Below, piece after piece: positions 11,067 through 22,019 of a DNA stretch of 64,000 nucleotides. Under the pieces are notes generated by a model that saw only the letters and a list, made by a program, of their open reading frames with translations, was not told where the DNA came from and searched no databases. The DNA comes from Opitutales bacterium. Lineage in GTDB: Bacteria; Verrucomicrobiota; Verrucomicrobiia; Opitutales; UBA2987. The stretch covers positions 736,001-800,000 of the forward strand of contig CBDDEL010000017.1 of the NCBI GenBank assembly GCA_965226885.1, given 5' to 3'. Within the stretch, counting starts at the first letter, position 1. The number at the start of each line of letters is the position of its first letter. The position numbers and the translations under genes are program-made.

Positions 11067-11992
11067 CTAATAGAGCAATCGGCATTCCGCAAAGCAGCTT
11101 CCCGAAGGCCCCGCCGAAAAAAGTCAGAGACACGAACCAGCCAATAGAATCCTCTCGAAGGCCGGATTGAATCAGGTAGAAGCCGAGAAAGGCCATTACT
11201 GCGCTTCGGATTGCGGTATCGACCATACCGACAATCGAAAAGAGCATGAATTGCCGCCGCTTGCGGATTCCCCGGAAGGAGGGTTTCACTGCCTCTGCAC
11301 CCGAAATCCCGTTTGACAGCTCCCTATTGCCAGCTGCTTTCGGCTTTGGCCGGCGTTGCAGCCTTTGCCATACCTGCCTCCGATAGGCGAAGAGATACGA
11401 AATCGAAGCGATCAGACCAATACTTCCCAGCACCGCAAAGGTCCCCCGCCAACCTACCTGAATCACCAGGACACCCGCCAAAGCGGGAAAAAGAACCTTT
11501 CCAATATCGCCAAAGAAATTGAGGATGCCGATCGCGGAGCCCGCTTTTTCAAGTCTGGAAACATTAGCCACCAAGGCTGTGCCAACCGGATGATAGACTC
11601 CGCCTCCGATTCCCGAAAATAGGATCAACACAAGCGTGACCGGAAAACCGAAGGCCAGCAACAAAGCGATATAACCCGCGCTGAACCACGCCGTGCCAAG
11701 CCCCAGTAGGAGTATTTCTCCTGCTTTTTCCACAAGCAGCCCGGCGGGAATCTGGGCGGCGCTGATGGCGGCGTGACTGGCCGTTTTCAGAAGACCGGAC
11801 TGGGTGTAGGACAGCCCCAGTTCCGTCGCCATGAAGGGAAGCAGCAGGGAGAGGCTGGCAATATATCCGTCATTGACGACATGGAGAAGACTGCACCAAC
11901 CCAGTTGACGCCGCCCCTCGCGATCAGAGGGGAGAGGCGATTCCCCACTCTCACTCGCCAGGGCATTCGTACGATCCCTTGTTGACTCACAT
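11067..11992 (-). pseudogene. MFS transporter (Fsr-like), 3'-truncated
   Basis: LHVVNDGY...LLPF, GGVYHPVG, GDIGK. Only about 8 TM segments before the IS1634 end; start uncertain. Confidence 0.75.
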
Positions 11993-12013
11993 GCAGGCGC
12001 CTTCCGGCGGCGC

Positions 12014-13357
12014 TTATTTATTCTTCCAGGAGGTGACTCCATTGACCAGTTCGTTGGCTCGGATGACGAACGGCTTCCAAGCTTCCCTCCCGCTGGTCCC
12101 GATGAGATTAAAACGAAGCACCGGTTCACCGGTTAAATCAAACTCCAGCAGACCGAAATTATCCTCGCGGGAAAAAACCGGTCGAATGCGTTTTTCCGGT
12201 TTGCGATTAGGATTAACCTCATTCGGTGTCTGGCCGAGGGGCGAACTGACCAGGTCATAGAAATCGTAACCGCCCTTTTCCGACCAGGGAATGGCATTGA
12301 GTTCGCCCTTGTGGGTATCCCCGGAAAGCAGGATGACACCGTTTATTTCGTGGTCTCGAATGAAATCGAAGAGGGCGTTGCGTTCGTGCTGATAAGAAGC
12401 CCAGGAATCTCCCCCAAACCCTTTGGTCGCTGACCAACCGCCGCCCGAAATGATTACTTTGAAGGGCGATTCACTATCTTTTAGCGACTGCTGCAACCAC
12501 TCACGCTGTTCTTTTCCCAGAAAGGTTTTGCCGGGATGGTCCGATTCTTTGTTGGGATCGCGATAGTAGCGGCAGTCGATGAAAAAGAAATCAATGCCGC
12601 CATAGCGATATTGGAAGAATACCCCCGGAGTTCCCGGCAATCCGTAGGCTGGATTGGCCCAGTAGTGTTTAAATACTTTAAGGGCATCAGCCTTGCGCGG
12701 GTGGCGCCGGTCATAATCATTGAGACCAAAATCATGATCGTCCCATACCGCCAATTGAGGAATGGTATGAATGACCGGTTGGAGAGTAGCGACATCACGC
12801 TGGCGGCGCCATTCTTCGGCTAAAATTTCCGGATCCTGCGTATCACCATAAATATTATCACCTACCCAAAAAAATAGGTCCGGTTGAAATCGGAGGACCG
12901 TTGTCCAAACGTCCTGTTTGCGGTCGAGTTGGTAGCGAGGACAGGAACCGAACGCGATACTAAAACGTCCCTTCTTCCCCTCGGGCGGGGCGGTTTTTGT
13001 ATAAAATGGCGGCAGGTCGCGTTGGTATCTGGGGGTTCCACCCTCGACCCGGAACCGATAATAATAACGAGTATCAGGTTTTAAATCACGTAGCTTCCAT
13101 TTCAAAACGTAATCCTCTTCCTTGGTGGCGGAAAGCGCCTGCTTATTCGACCGGGTGAAATCTTTTGAAGTATCGTATTCGATCTCCCCGGTGTGAGATC
13201 CACTGAGCCTTGCCCAGATGGTGATTTCATTCGGACCAACGGCCCCCACCATAGGCCCCTGCATGAAGCGAGGATAACCGATTGGATCATCGGAATAAAG
13301 GTCATCGACCCTTATTGCAATTAGCATTATTAAAAAAAGAATGTTACGTGTATTCAT
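12014..13357 (-). CDS. phoD: Alkaline phosphatase D family protein
   Basis: Signal peptide; IAFGSC, WVGDNIYGD, WDDHD, IDCRYYRD, LSGDTH. Confidence 0.9.
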   Translation of the reverse strand: MNTRNILFLIMLIAIRVDDLYSDDPIGYPRFMQGPMVGAVGPNEITIWARLSGSHTGEIEYDTSKDFTRSNKQALSATKEEDYVLKWKLRDLKPDTRYYYRFRVEGGTPRYQRDLPPFYTKTAPPEGKKGRFSIAFGSCPRYQLDRKQDVWTTVLRFQPDLFFWVGDNIYGDTQDPEILAEEWRRQRDVATLQPVIHTIPQLAVWDDHDFGLNDYDRRHPRKADALKVFKHYWANPAYGLPGTPGVFFQYRYGGIDFFFIDCRYYRDPNKESDHPGKTFLGKEQREWLQQSLKDSESPFKVIISGGGWSATKGFGGDSWASYQHERNALFDFIRDHEINGVILLSGDTHKGELNAIPWSEKGGYDFYDLVSSPLGQTPNEVNPNRKPEKRIRPVFSREDNFGLLEFDLTGEPVLRFNLIGTSGREAWKPFVIRANELVNGVTSWKNK

Positions 13358-13388
13358 TTAAGTTCTTCTCAATGAAAAGTGGCCGTGG

Positions 13389-14369
13389 TCAATTAACGAT
13401 ATACTCAGGTCTTTTCCCGCGCAACACCCGGACGGCATTATTGGCCATCTGGGAATACCTCATTTTCAGCGCTTCTTCAGTTTCACCGGCCACGTGAGGA
13501 GTGAGTATCACATTGGGCAAGGATCTCAGAGAGTGGCCCGGTGGTAACGGTTCCGTTGCAAACACATCGAGACCCGCCTTGCGGATGGTTCCCTTTTTAA
13601 GAGCCTCAACCAACTCACTCTCGTCGATAATGGCTCCGCGTGAGGTGTTAATGAGCCAACCCAACCCTTTTTCACCGATTTTCTTCAATTCCTCTTTCCC
13701 GATCAACATTTCCGTCTTATCGGGCCCGTCTCTTAATAAAGGGAGATGCAAGGAAATGATATCCGCCTTCGTCAAGAGGGTATTCAGATCGACCATGGTT
13801 ACAAAATCCTGTCCCTCGTTCCCTTTTTGTGGGTTCCTCCGTGTGGCCATGACCTTCATACCGAGGGAATGGGCAATCTTTGCCGTAATTTTGCCGATAT
13901 GGCCAAAACCCAAGACCCCGAAGACCTTGCCCGCCAACTCCGTGCCGATACGGCGGCTCCAACTGCCTGTGTTCATCTCCCGGAGGTAATGATCGCCGTT
14001 TTTGGCCAAAGCCATGAGAAGAAAAATGGCGTGTTCAGCAGTAGACTGAGCCATAATGTGGGCGGTGCTACAGACGTAGATTCCCCGTTCTTTAGAGGCT
14101 GCCAAATCGACGGTATCGCAACCCGTGCCACAGTGAATCAACCGAAGGCGGGAAGCGCCCTGAATCATTTCCCGGATTAACGAGGCCTTGTTGGGATAAA
14201 CAATATCGGCATCTACGATTTCCCGTCCGATAGTCTCGACATCGTCCTTATCGGCAACGACCACAAGGTTCGGCACAAACCCGTTTGCCCTAAGCAAGGT
14301 GTCAACAGTATTCACCATAATCCCGTCATCAGCAGAGCATAACAGCACTTTAACAGGAGTGGTCGTCAT
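13389..14369 (-). CDS. D-2-hydroxyacid dehydrogenase family (SerA-like) NAD-dependent oxidoreductase
   Basis: GFGHIG Rossmann motif, INTSRG, LDVFATEP, TPHVAG catalytic residues. Confidence 0.9.
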   Translation of the reverse strand: MTTTPVKVLLCSADDGIMVNTVDTLLRANGFVPNLVVVADKDDVETIGREIVDADIVYPNKASLIREMIQGASRLRLIHCGTGCDTVDLAASKERGIYVCSTAHIMAQSTAEHAIFLLMALAKNGDHYLREMNTGSWSRRIGTELAGKVFGVLGFGHIGKITAKIAHSLGMKVMATRRNPQKGNEGQDFVTMVDLNTLLTKADIISLHLPLLRDGPDKTEMLIGKEELKKIGEKGLGWLINTSRGAIIDESELVEALKKGTIRKAGLDVFATEPLPPGHSLRSLPNVILTPHVAGETEEALKMRYSQMANNAVRVLRGKRPEYIVN

Positions 14370-14416
14370 TTGTCAAAAGTTCCTTGTCTGGAGGAGAAAC
14401 GAAAGGGCGGCAGAGT

Positions 14417-15145
14417 TCAGGAAAACTCGGTTTCGATGAGGGAGGGGAGGTCTTTCACACTCGGTATGACATGGGTGTGCCGATACTTTCCCCACGCTTC
14501 CACCGGCCGTGGGCCACTGAGGACTCCGACTATACCGCGACACCCGGCATTGTAACCTTCCAGCATATCGGCCGGCGTATCGCCAATTTTGAGCACTTCA
14601 TGGACGCTCTGCACATTCAATTGCGTCATGGCATAGTAGATCATAAAAGGGGCCGGTCGGCCATGCTCACCGGGAACATGCTCGACATCGACCGAGAGAT
14701 CGACCAATCCGTCCCGCACCCAGCCCAAACCGTCCATGATGGCCTCGGTAATATCGCGATGAAAACCCGTGTCGGTGGCTACTTTGATGCCGTTCTCATG
14801 ACACCACCGAAAGGTGTCTTCGGCTCCCTCTATTTCACGAACTTCATTACGGTAATGGTCGATCATGATCTCCGAGTAACGGTGAAATACCTTCATCGCT
14901 TCATCGAGAGTCTCCGGGTAGATGGTTTTTTCGAAATTTTCAATCTCAACCTTCTTCCCTTGAGACCGGGCGATGAGGAATTGATAGAGGTGGATCTTGT
15001 TGGTGCCCATATGCAGGAGTATCTCCTCAGGCGTCGTTTGCAGGTCGAATTCCGTGGCCGCTTGGTGGAGGCAGTCCCGAACACCCGTGTCGTCATAAAC
15101 AGTGGTCCCTGAGAGATCGAACATGATCATACTGATTTTACTCAT
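14417..15145 (-). CDS. Phosphonatase-like (PhnX-like) HAD hydrolase
   Basis: FDLSGTTV, MGTNK (position of the PhnX Schiff-base Lys), GRPAPFMI, KIGDTPADMLEGYNAG. Confidence 0.85.
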   Translation of the reverse strand: MSKISMIMFDLSGTTVYDDTGVRDCLHQAATEFDLQTTPEEILLHMGTNKIHLYQFLIARSQGKKVEIENFEKTIYPETLDEAMKVFHRYSEIMIDHYRNEVREIEGAEDTFRWCHENGIKVATDTGFHRDITEAIMDGLGWVRDGLVDLSVDVEHVPGEHGRPAPFMIYYAMTQLNVQSVHEVLKIGDTPADMLEGYNAGCRGIVGVLSGPRPVEAWGKYRHTHVIPSVKDLPSLIETEFS

Positions 15146-15198
15146 AATTTTTTTCTTCCTTTATTTGTGCTATGTTAAGTTGGTTAAATTAAATGAAG

Positions 15199-16560
15199 TC
15201 AGCCGGAATTTGCTTCTTTTTTCACGGTTGCAGGCAAGGCATTCCATCTGGGCAGAAGGAGCAGCACCGCTATAATAACAAACGCTCCCAGGCAATTAAA
15301 GAGAACTCCCCAGCCGTAATGAGCCCAGATGATACCGGGTAAAGACATACCAAGAATTTGCCCTGTCGAACCCATGCCATTAATCAACCCGGCCGATGAT
15401 CCGGCGCCCTTTTTTGTCCCGAAATCCACCGCCGATACCGAACTGATCATGGCATCCGGACCAAATAGGAAAAACCCCATGGCAAACAGCAGCAAAACCA
15501 TGGTTCCCTTTCCTCCAGCCTCCGTCAGGCCGTTAAAGAGAAAGAGGATTACGGCGAGAATAAGAAATCCCAGAATTATTATGGGAATGCGGCGCGAATG
15601 AAACCATTTGTCCGAGGCGTAACCCGCAAATATAACCCCTAATGGTCCGGCGGCTTCGAAAGCTGCGCTGATAATGGCCGATTCGCCGATATTTGTTCCC
15701 AACTTATCGTTAATCATAAGCGGCCCCCAGAAGAGAATAGCATAGCGTGTGGGCTTGATAAAAAAATAGACTGCGCCGAGGGTAAGAATGACCGGATTGC
15801 GGAAAACTTCACCGATCACCTTCCAGGATCCTTCTCGTTCCTCCTCGGGCGTTTCATCCTGGTCTAGAACGTCGACTGTCTCTCCGTGATACTCTTCTAT
15901 GGAGAGCAGACCGACATCCTCAGGCCGGTTTTTCTGCAAAAGCAGGAACAGCAACCAAATAATGGCCAGAACGGCAGCCGGCATGAAAAAGGCGAAGCGC
16001 CAATTCAAAAAAACCAGGGCCATATAACCGGCGAAGGCGCTGGCCAGCATTCCCCCGATGGGGTAATTGGTGGCCCAAAAACCGTAAGTCCGGCCCCGCT
16101 CTTTACGGGAAAACCAATAGCTGACATTCTTGGTCAGGGGCGCCCACCCGGTGGATTGACAAAGGCCCTGGCAAAAAAAGAGCGCTCCAAAAAGAATCAC
16201 AGTGGAAGACATCCCCATGGCCACGGCTATGACCACAGAAAAAAACATCCCGGCCAGCACCACTTTGCGGGGACCGAACTTGTCTCCGCACATTCCCCAG
16301 ATGAATTGCCCGAGAGCATAAGCTATGCCATAGAGCCCATCGATCAAACCGAGCGATGCCTTCGTGATCTCGATGGTCGGATCCTCAAGGATGCCGATCT
16401 TGGCCACGGGGAAAGATTTCCTCGTAAAATAAAACCCAACGTAGGCCAACCAGGTAACTCCAAAAGTTATATAACGCCACCGCTCAAAGCGTATGTCGCG
16501 CTTGCCCTGGCGGGCGCCCACCGATAATGCTGAACCTTCTTTTTCTGAAATCGCCATCAC
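15199..16560 (-). CDS. MFS transporter, organophosphate:Pi antiporter (GlpT/UhpT-like)
   Basis: YVGFYFTRKS, QSTGWAP...WFSRKERG, NRPEDVGL, RYAILFWGP, GLINGMGS; 12-TM pattern. Confidence 0.9.
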   Translation of the reverse strand: MMAISEKEGSALSVGARQGKRDIRFERWRYITFGVTWLAYVGFYFTRKSFPVAKIGILEDPTIEITKASLGLIDGLYGIAYALGQFIWGMCGDKFGPRKVVLAGMFFSVVIAVAMGMSSTVILFGALFFCQGLCQSTGWAPLTKNVSYWFSRKERGRTYGFWATNYPIGGMLASAFAGYMALVFLNWRFAFFMPAAVLAIIWLLFLLLQKNRPEDVGLLSIEEYHGETVDVLDQDETPEEEREGSWKVIGEVFRNPVILTLGAVYFFIKPTRYAILFWGPLMINDKLGTNIGESAIISAAFEAAGPLGVIFAGYASDKWFHSRRIPIIILGFLILAVILFLFNGLTEAGGKGTMVLLLFAMGFFLFGPDAMISSVSAVDFGTKKGAGSSAGLINGMGSTGQILGMSLPGIIWAHYGWGVLFNCLGAFVIIAVLLLLPRWNALPATVKKEANSG

Positions 16561-16574
16561 TGATATCCTTTTCG

Positions 16575-17376
16575 GGTAGTGTATTAAGTAGGAATGGTGG
16601 CTAATTCTTGATTATATTGATGAATGAAAAGTCTCAGACAGGTTTCATGCATACTCTTAAGCTTGGAAAAGGAGAGGGTTTTGCGTGTGAAACGACCCAG
16701 TCGTTGGCGCAGGGTATTGTTCCATCGTTCCACATGGGCCGTTTCACCGGTTTCTTTTCCCACGGATCGGTTATGAGGAAAGACTTCATCATAAGTGGAC
16801 CAAAAGTCGCTGTAGGTGGCACATCTTTTGTAGGCCCGTGGCAGACGCTCGTAAAGTTCCCGGCAACGATACCAATCCCGAGGCCCAATGGCATAGGAGA
16901 GGATTTGACGGGTGCGTCGGCAAAGAGCGATCCAAACCCATTGGGCATCGCTCTTGCGTCCCACAAAAGACCACAGTTCGTCCAGTTCAATGACATCATG
17001 GCGGCGGGCCGCAAGAATCGTGCTTTTGAGCGATCGCAGCGATTGTCGTTTTTTTTAACCAACTCAAAACGGTGTTGGGACTCACCCCGAAGGCGCGCTG
17101 TAAACCGCGTAGACTGCTGCGTTCCTGATAGACTCGAAGGATCATTTCTTTTTGCTCTTCGGTGTATTTCACTGTGGGGTTTTCGCGGCTTTGTTTACCA
17201 CAATCATGGCAGCGGTAGCGCTGTTTATGGTTGGGCGTCTTGCCAAATTTAATGATATTTTCACTTCCACAGTGCCGACAATTAATAATTTTAGTAACCA
17301 TGCACTAAGAATAAACTGCCTAACGCTATTTGTACAGCTAAAAATACAAAATAACATTCTTTTTTTATACACTACC
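16575..17376 (-). mobile_element. IS1-family element copy 1 (802 bp; insA 16996..17301, insB frame ending 16584)
   Basis: TIRs GGTAGTGTAT/ATACACTACC; InsA zinc finger CRHC...CHDC; A8 slippery site; Ins[10 protein letters not shown]...SDFW...ERWN. No TSD on the flanks. Confidence 0.95.
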
Positions 17377-17537
17377 GTATTCCTTTTATTCTTTATTCGT
17401 AGCTTTAATGCATCATCGACGAGACGGGGAGACCCAACAAAAAGTAATCCCGCCAGAGTTCGGATATTAGTCTCTTGATAACCCGATAGTCCGCCTCCTG
17501 TTCATTGGCAGAAATCCTCCGCAGTGGTAATGCAATT

Positions 17538-18653
17538 CTATATGCGAACTCCCACACGGTAAGCGCCTGATGCAATCGCGTAATTAAAAGATTCATTAAT
17601 CGTATCGAGGTCAAATGCATCATGAACGAGACCTTCAAAAGGAAAGTTTGTGTAATATTTTTCCATAAAGGCAACCGCAGTCACCAGATCTTCTTCATTA
17701 TAATTATGAAGGCCTCGTATGGTATGCAAATTGCGTACAAATTTTTCCGCGTTGATATGCAGGTCACGCTGTGGAAACGTTGCTCCTACCCATACGGCGG
17801 TTCCACCAATGCCGAGGAGCGATAGGGACGATTCCATCGTTTCCGGTACTCCACTGAAATCGAGGGCCGCCTGAATCTGTTCTCCTTCCGCCATAGGCCC
17901 GAGCCGCTCCTTCAGGGAACTCCCTTCCGCCTCCATTTTCAAAGTGACGTCGACGCCGAATTTGCGGGCTTTGTCGAGTCGCTCAACGTCGATGTCCAAT
18001 GCGATGATTTTCCTCGCTTTGCCTGTCCTGCACATGGCACAGGCAATTATTCCCAGCATTCCCACTCCGCTGACAAGCACTGTCCGATCCTCAACGGAGC
18101 CCGCCAGACGAAGGGCTCCGGCAACCGTGGCGACAGAACAGTTGATGAGCGCAATGACGGGGAGCGGAAGAGGCTTTTCAATTTTGATGACCGGAGTGTA
18201 TTTACGCAGAATGCAGTATTCACTGAGCCCGCCGTGGAGATGATTGTCCTTCCTGATTTCCTCATGCCCGTATTTGAACAGCCCATCCCCTTTCTGCGGA
18301 ATGCCGATCTGCGATAGGTAGCTGTCCGGGTTGGAAGCATAAATCCCCCACGTAACCCGATCGCCTACTCGCAATGTTCCGCCCCGGCAATCTGTCGTCC
18401 GGGCACCCGGACCAAACTCTTCGATACGTCCAACGATTTCATGCCCGAGAATCGTAGGCGTCTTCTCCGTGCGCTTTCCCGTAAACGTGTTTAAATCGCT
18501 TCGGCACAGAGTCGTGTATTCGTTTCTGACCAGAATTTCACCATCTCGAAGATCCGGCACCTCAACCTCATCCATCGTAAAGGGTTGATTCTGGGCATGG
18601 AATATCGCTACTTTGCTTGTTTTTACGGTTGGTTCTAATTTGCTTGTTTTCAT
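17538..18653 (-). CDS. Zn-dependent alcohol dehydrogenase, phosphonate-catabolism-associated (HpnZ-like)
   Basis: LCRSDL, LGHEIVG, LFKYGHE...HGGLSEY, NCSVATV, GVGMLG, RGLHNY. Confidence 0.85.
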   Translation of the reverse strand: MKTSKLEPTVKTSKVAIFHAQNQPFTMDEVEVPDLRDGEILVRNEYTTLCRSDLNTFTGKRTEKTPTILGHEIVGRIEEFGPGARTTDCRGGTLRVGDRVTWGIYASNPDSYLSQIGIPQKGDGLFKYGHEEIRKDNHLHGGLSEYCILRKYTPVIKIEKPLPLPVIALINCSVATVAGALRLAGSVEDRTVLVSGVGMLGIIACAMCRTGKARKIIALDIDVERLDKARKFGVDVTLKMEAEGSSLKERLGPMAEGEQIQAALDFSGVPETMESSLSLLGIGGTAVWVGATFPQRDLHINAEKFVRNLHTIRGLHNYNEEDLVTAVAFMEKYYTNFPFEGLVHDAFDLDTINESFNYAIASGAYRVGVRI

Positions 18654-18739
18654 GACCGGTCTATTGATGTGATTCAGACTTGCAGGATCCACTGGTCAAC
18701 GGTCACCATCTAGATCCCATTTTCATTAAATCATTACAT

Positions 18740-18755
18740 ATATAGATATCTATAT
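18740..18755. promoter_or_regulatory. Perfect 16-bp palindrome, candidate repressor operator of the phosphonate operon
   Basis: ATATAGAT|ATCTATAT, about 90 bp upstream of the ADH start. Confidence 0.4.
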
Positions 18756-18829
18756 GATTTTTCAGAAGAATAGCAACCAATAATTGTTTAGCCGTATTGA
18801 TAAATCGAAAAAAGAGTTGTTTTCGGGAT

Positions 18830-19001
18830 TCATGGCGAAAAGGCACAGGCAGAACTCTGCAAGAAGGCTTCCACGGTTTCGGCGATCTGCGAACCGAGCA
18901 GGCCGTAGAGGCCGATAAGATCTTCGTAGGGACCGTTACTGGCGAAACAATCGTTGATGCCGATCCTTTTCATGGGCGAGAGCCACTTCGGCCATAGTTT
19001 A
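18830..19001 (-). pseudogene. C-terminal remnant of a transketolase-family subunit
   Basis: Minus frame PMKRIGINDCFASNGPYEDLIGLYGLLGSQIAETVEAFL...*; the 5' part is lost at the IS junction. Confidence 0.65.
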
Positions 19002-20780
19002 GAGGCTGTCCCAAAAGGGTGATTTTTGCGAGGGGGTGACTTTGCTCTCCTATGACGTTAGGATTCTGGTTTTGGGGTCCGTTTGCCTGGTTTTCTTTGT
19101 ATGGGCCGACAGTAGGCCTGTGAAAAAGTATTGTCCTTGCTTTTCCGCTCTTTATTTAGGCCGCCGCTTTGGTTTTTAGTTCATCTTGCTGGGCCAGCAT
19201 CTTGGCCACTTTCCATAGATTGTGCGAGAGGACCGACCAGGCTACGCTGATCGAGCGGTTGGCAAAGCCTTTGCTGCGCAATCGCCCGGCCTGCCAGCGA
19301 TTCTTCAATACCCCGATCCGCCCTTCGGTGCTGGCCCGGCGCTTTTGCAATTGCCTGAAGTGTGGTTCCTCCATCCGTTTTTTCAACTGCTTCGGATCGC
19401 GTGGACAGAGCGCATCGTAGATGCCCTCCTGGGCTAACTGCCGGCGGGCCCGCTGGGAGGCGAATCCCCGGTCCGCGCACATGGCCGCTATGGGTTCGGC
19501 TAGGTTGAAGCGGTTCTGTCTTTGCAAACTCTCTTGCATTTGTTCATTTTCGCTTGGCGTCCGGCTGCCGTAGAGTTTCCAGTCCAGCAGGTATCCTTCA
19601 ACGCTTTCACCCAAAAACAGGGTGTTGCCAAACTCAACCTCTTGGCCCGCTTTGCCTCGCACAATCACCTGCGCATCGGGTTCGTAAACACTCAAAACTT
19701 TCTCTGCGTTTTTCACCTGGCGGCCGCCAATGATTCGCTCGTGCGCTTGCTTGATGACCACCGGGATTAGCTCGCTCATGCGCTCCATCCGGGTAAGGAT
19801 CTGTTGGACCTGTTTTTCGCTGTAATCGCTTTGCTCCCAGCAGGCTTGCAATAATTCCCGGTGACTGCGGGCATGCTCCCCGATCCGTTTGAGCAGCTTT
19901 TTCATCTGCCTCAAGATACCCTTGCGTTGCCGCGCGCTGTCCTTTCGCCGCCGGCTGTGGGTCATCTGTATGCACAGCCGATTCATCTGCCGAGCCAAGG
20001 GCTCCGGTTCGATCGGCATGCGATGGCGCAAACCGGCCTTCTCACGGATCAGCCGGATCGCTTTGAGCAGCGTGCCCGCTACATCCTTGAGCAGCACCCA
20101 GTCCGTCGGCCAATGAATGTTGACCTCCAAACAGGTGCCGTCGATCAGGCAAATGGTGGTGTCTATCGGCTTGTCCAATCCCACCACCTGCCGGGCCAGA
20201 TCGGCATCGCCCACAACCTCAGTCAAGGTCCGGTGCAAGGCCCTCAACTGCTCTTCGCTGAAAAACTTCGAGGCCCGTTCCAGGGTGCTCTTGGAGATGC
20301 CCCTTATGCCGTCGATATGGCGGACACGACAAAAGTCAGCCAACAGATCGCTGCTGCCCAGAGCCCTCGACAAATGCCGAAACGAAATCCCACCGAGCAG
20401 ATAACGCAGCGTTTCCATACGCAACGCCTTGAGGGCAAAATTAGCCCGCTTTTGCCGGGCCTTTACACTCATTGGCTGGCCTCTTTCCAAGGCCAGATCA
20501 ACGCCCTGCGATTCCACCTCCGAATCGATCAGCAGCCGGTCGATACGCTCGATGGTGGCGCGAAAGTTATCGTAATCGAGGCAACGGTCGACCACAGTTA
20601 AAGCTGGACGCAGGAGGCATTGGATGGCTATATTTTTCATAGAAAGGGCTATATTGATTTTCGCTAACGCAATTATAGAACCCTTTTTTAGCCGGAGCGA
20701 GCAAAAAAATGCTCTTTCCGGCTATTTTTATAAACGTCATCCAGTTGACTACAAAATCTTTATATTTTTGGGACAGCCTC
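19002..20780 (-). mobile_element. ISNCY (ISDol1-like) element copy 2 (1779 bp); transposase 19156..20640
   Basis: TIRs GAGGCTGTCCCAAAA. DDE motifs IDGTCLEVNIHWPTD, ADRGF, RASTEGRIG. A 45-bp deletion near the left end. Flanks TAGTTTA/TATTTA do not match. Confidence 0.92.
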
Positions 20781-20897
20781 TATTTAGTAATTGAATAGGC
20801 AGTAATTACTGTTTGTTGAGAATTCGGCATTTGTTCGGTAATGGGCGTTCTGCTCTTTATTCTTACAGCTATGGACGATTCCCAAATTCCCTCTAAA

Positions 20898-21903
20898 TCA
20901 AATCTGCCAGTGCTTCCTCGCGTAGCGGGGGAACAGCACAGTCGCGCTACTACCACAACAAGCGAGGCAATAAAAGCATAACATAATGCTGAAAGCAGCC
21001 GGAGTTTGCCAGAATGGCAGATTAACGCGCTGGCGTTCGTTTTTCATGCGGCGTCCTACTGATACGACCCGTTTCATGAACCATAGAAAGCTTCTGCCGA
21101 GCGATAGGTATAGATTCCGGCCTGCTCCAGTATGAAGAAGCAAATTGTCCCGACCTTCGGCAAGGGCTCGAATGACGTACTGCCGCAGATCCGAGGGAGG
21201 TGGATGGTGGGCACGGGCTGCGGTGTTGGTCCAGATGGAAATACCGGATGAGGTCAGTGTCTGTGCCAGTTGGCTGCAGGCCCCGCGGCAATGACCAGCC
21301 GGCAGATCCGGAAATGGGTATTTCAGGAACAAATCGCGTCGGAACGCGACGCTGTTGGCTAAGAAACCCTTACTGTTCGAGTGAATTGCGTTCTTTGGAT
21401 TGCGCAAAGGAAAAAACCACCCCAAGGCAAAGGCTTTTTCGTAAAGGGATTCGTGAGAAAGGTAAGTGTGTCCAGCGACAACGCAGATTTCAGGATGGTC
21501 AAATAAAGGTTGGGAAATCTCTTTTAGCCAATTGTCTTCAGGCACCACGTCGCTATCGACGAAAACCACGATCTGTCCCCGGGCGCGAGCGGCGCCTTCA
21601 TTCTTCAGTTCGAAATAATGACGGCCCAGCGCCTCTTCCAGCCGTAGGTCTACCGAAACGTCGGAGTCTCCCTGTCCGAGGTGTTTTTGCAATACTATTT
21701 CAATGCTGGCACGATCAATTTGATTGGGCAATGCTGGCACGATCAATTTGATTGGGGTTGAAGAGTACGAGCACTTCGGCTCTACGGTTGATCTCGCCCA
21801 GTTGCTTGCTCAATTTGCGCAACATATGGAAACAGCGCTCGTCCTCGGAGAGTAAAACGTTTTCCCATTCCACGACAATGCTTAATTCAATCAGGGGATT
21901 CAT
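20898..21903 (-). pseudogene. Glycosyltransferase family 2, frameshifted by a 28-bp tandem duplication
   Basis: ORFs 21715..21903 and 20898..21746 join once one copy of CAATGCTGGCACGATCAATTTGATTGGG (21701-21756) is removed; VFVDSD motif. Confidence 0.85.
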
Positions 21904-22019
21904 TTCGATTCATTTTCTTGCAATCAATGTGATTTGGCAATCAATGATTTGGCAATCAAATCTTTTGCTTCATCCATTAAAAATTTAAATATGGCGATCT
22001 TTTCAAGCATATTATTTTA

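Noticed and set aside
13389..14369. Phosphite dehydrogenase PtxD call
   Set aside because: Same family, but the PtxD-type Lys in 'LKGxDN' is absent (HCGTGCDT) and there is no ptxABC.
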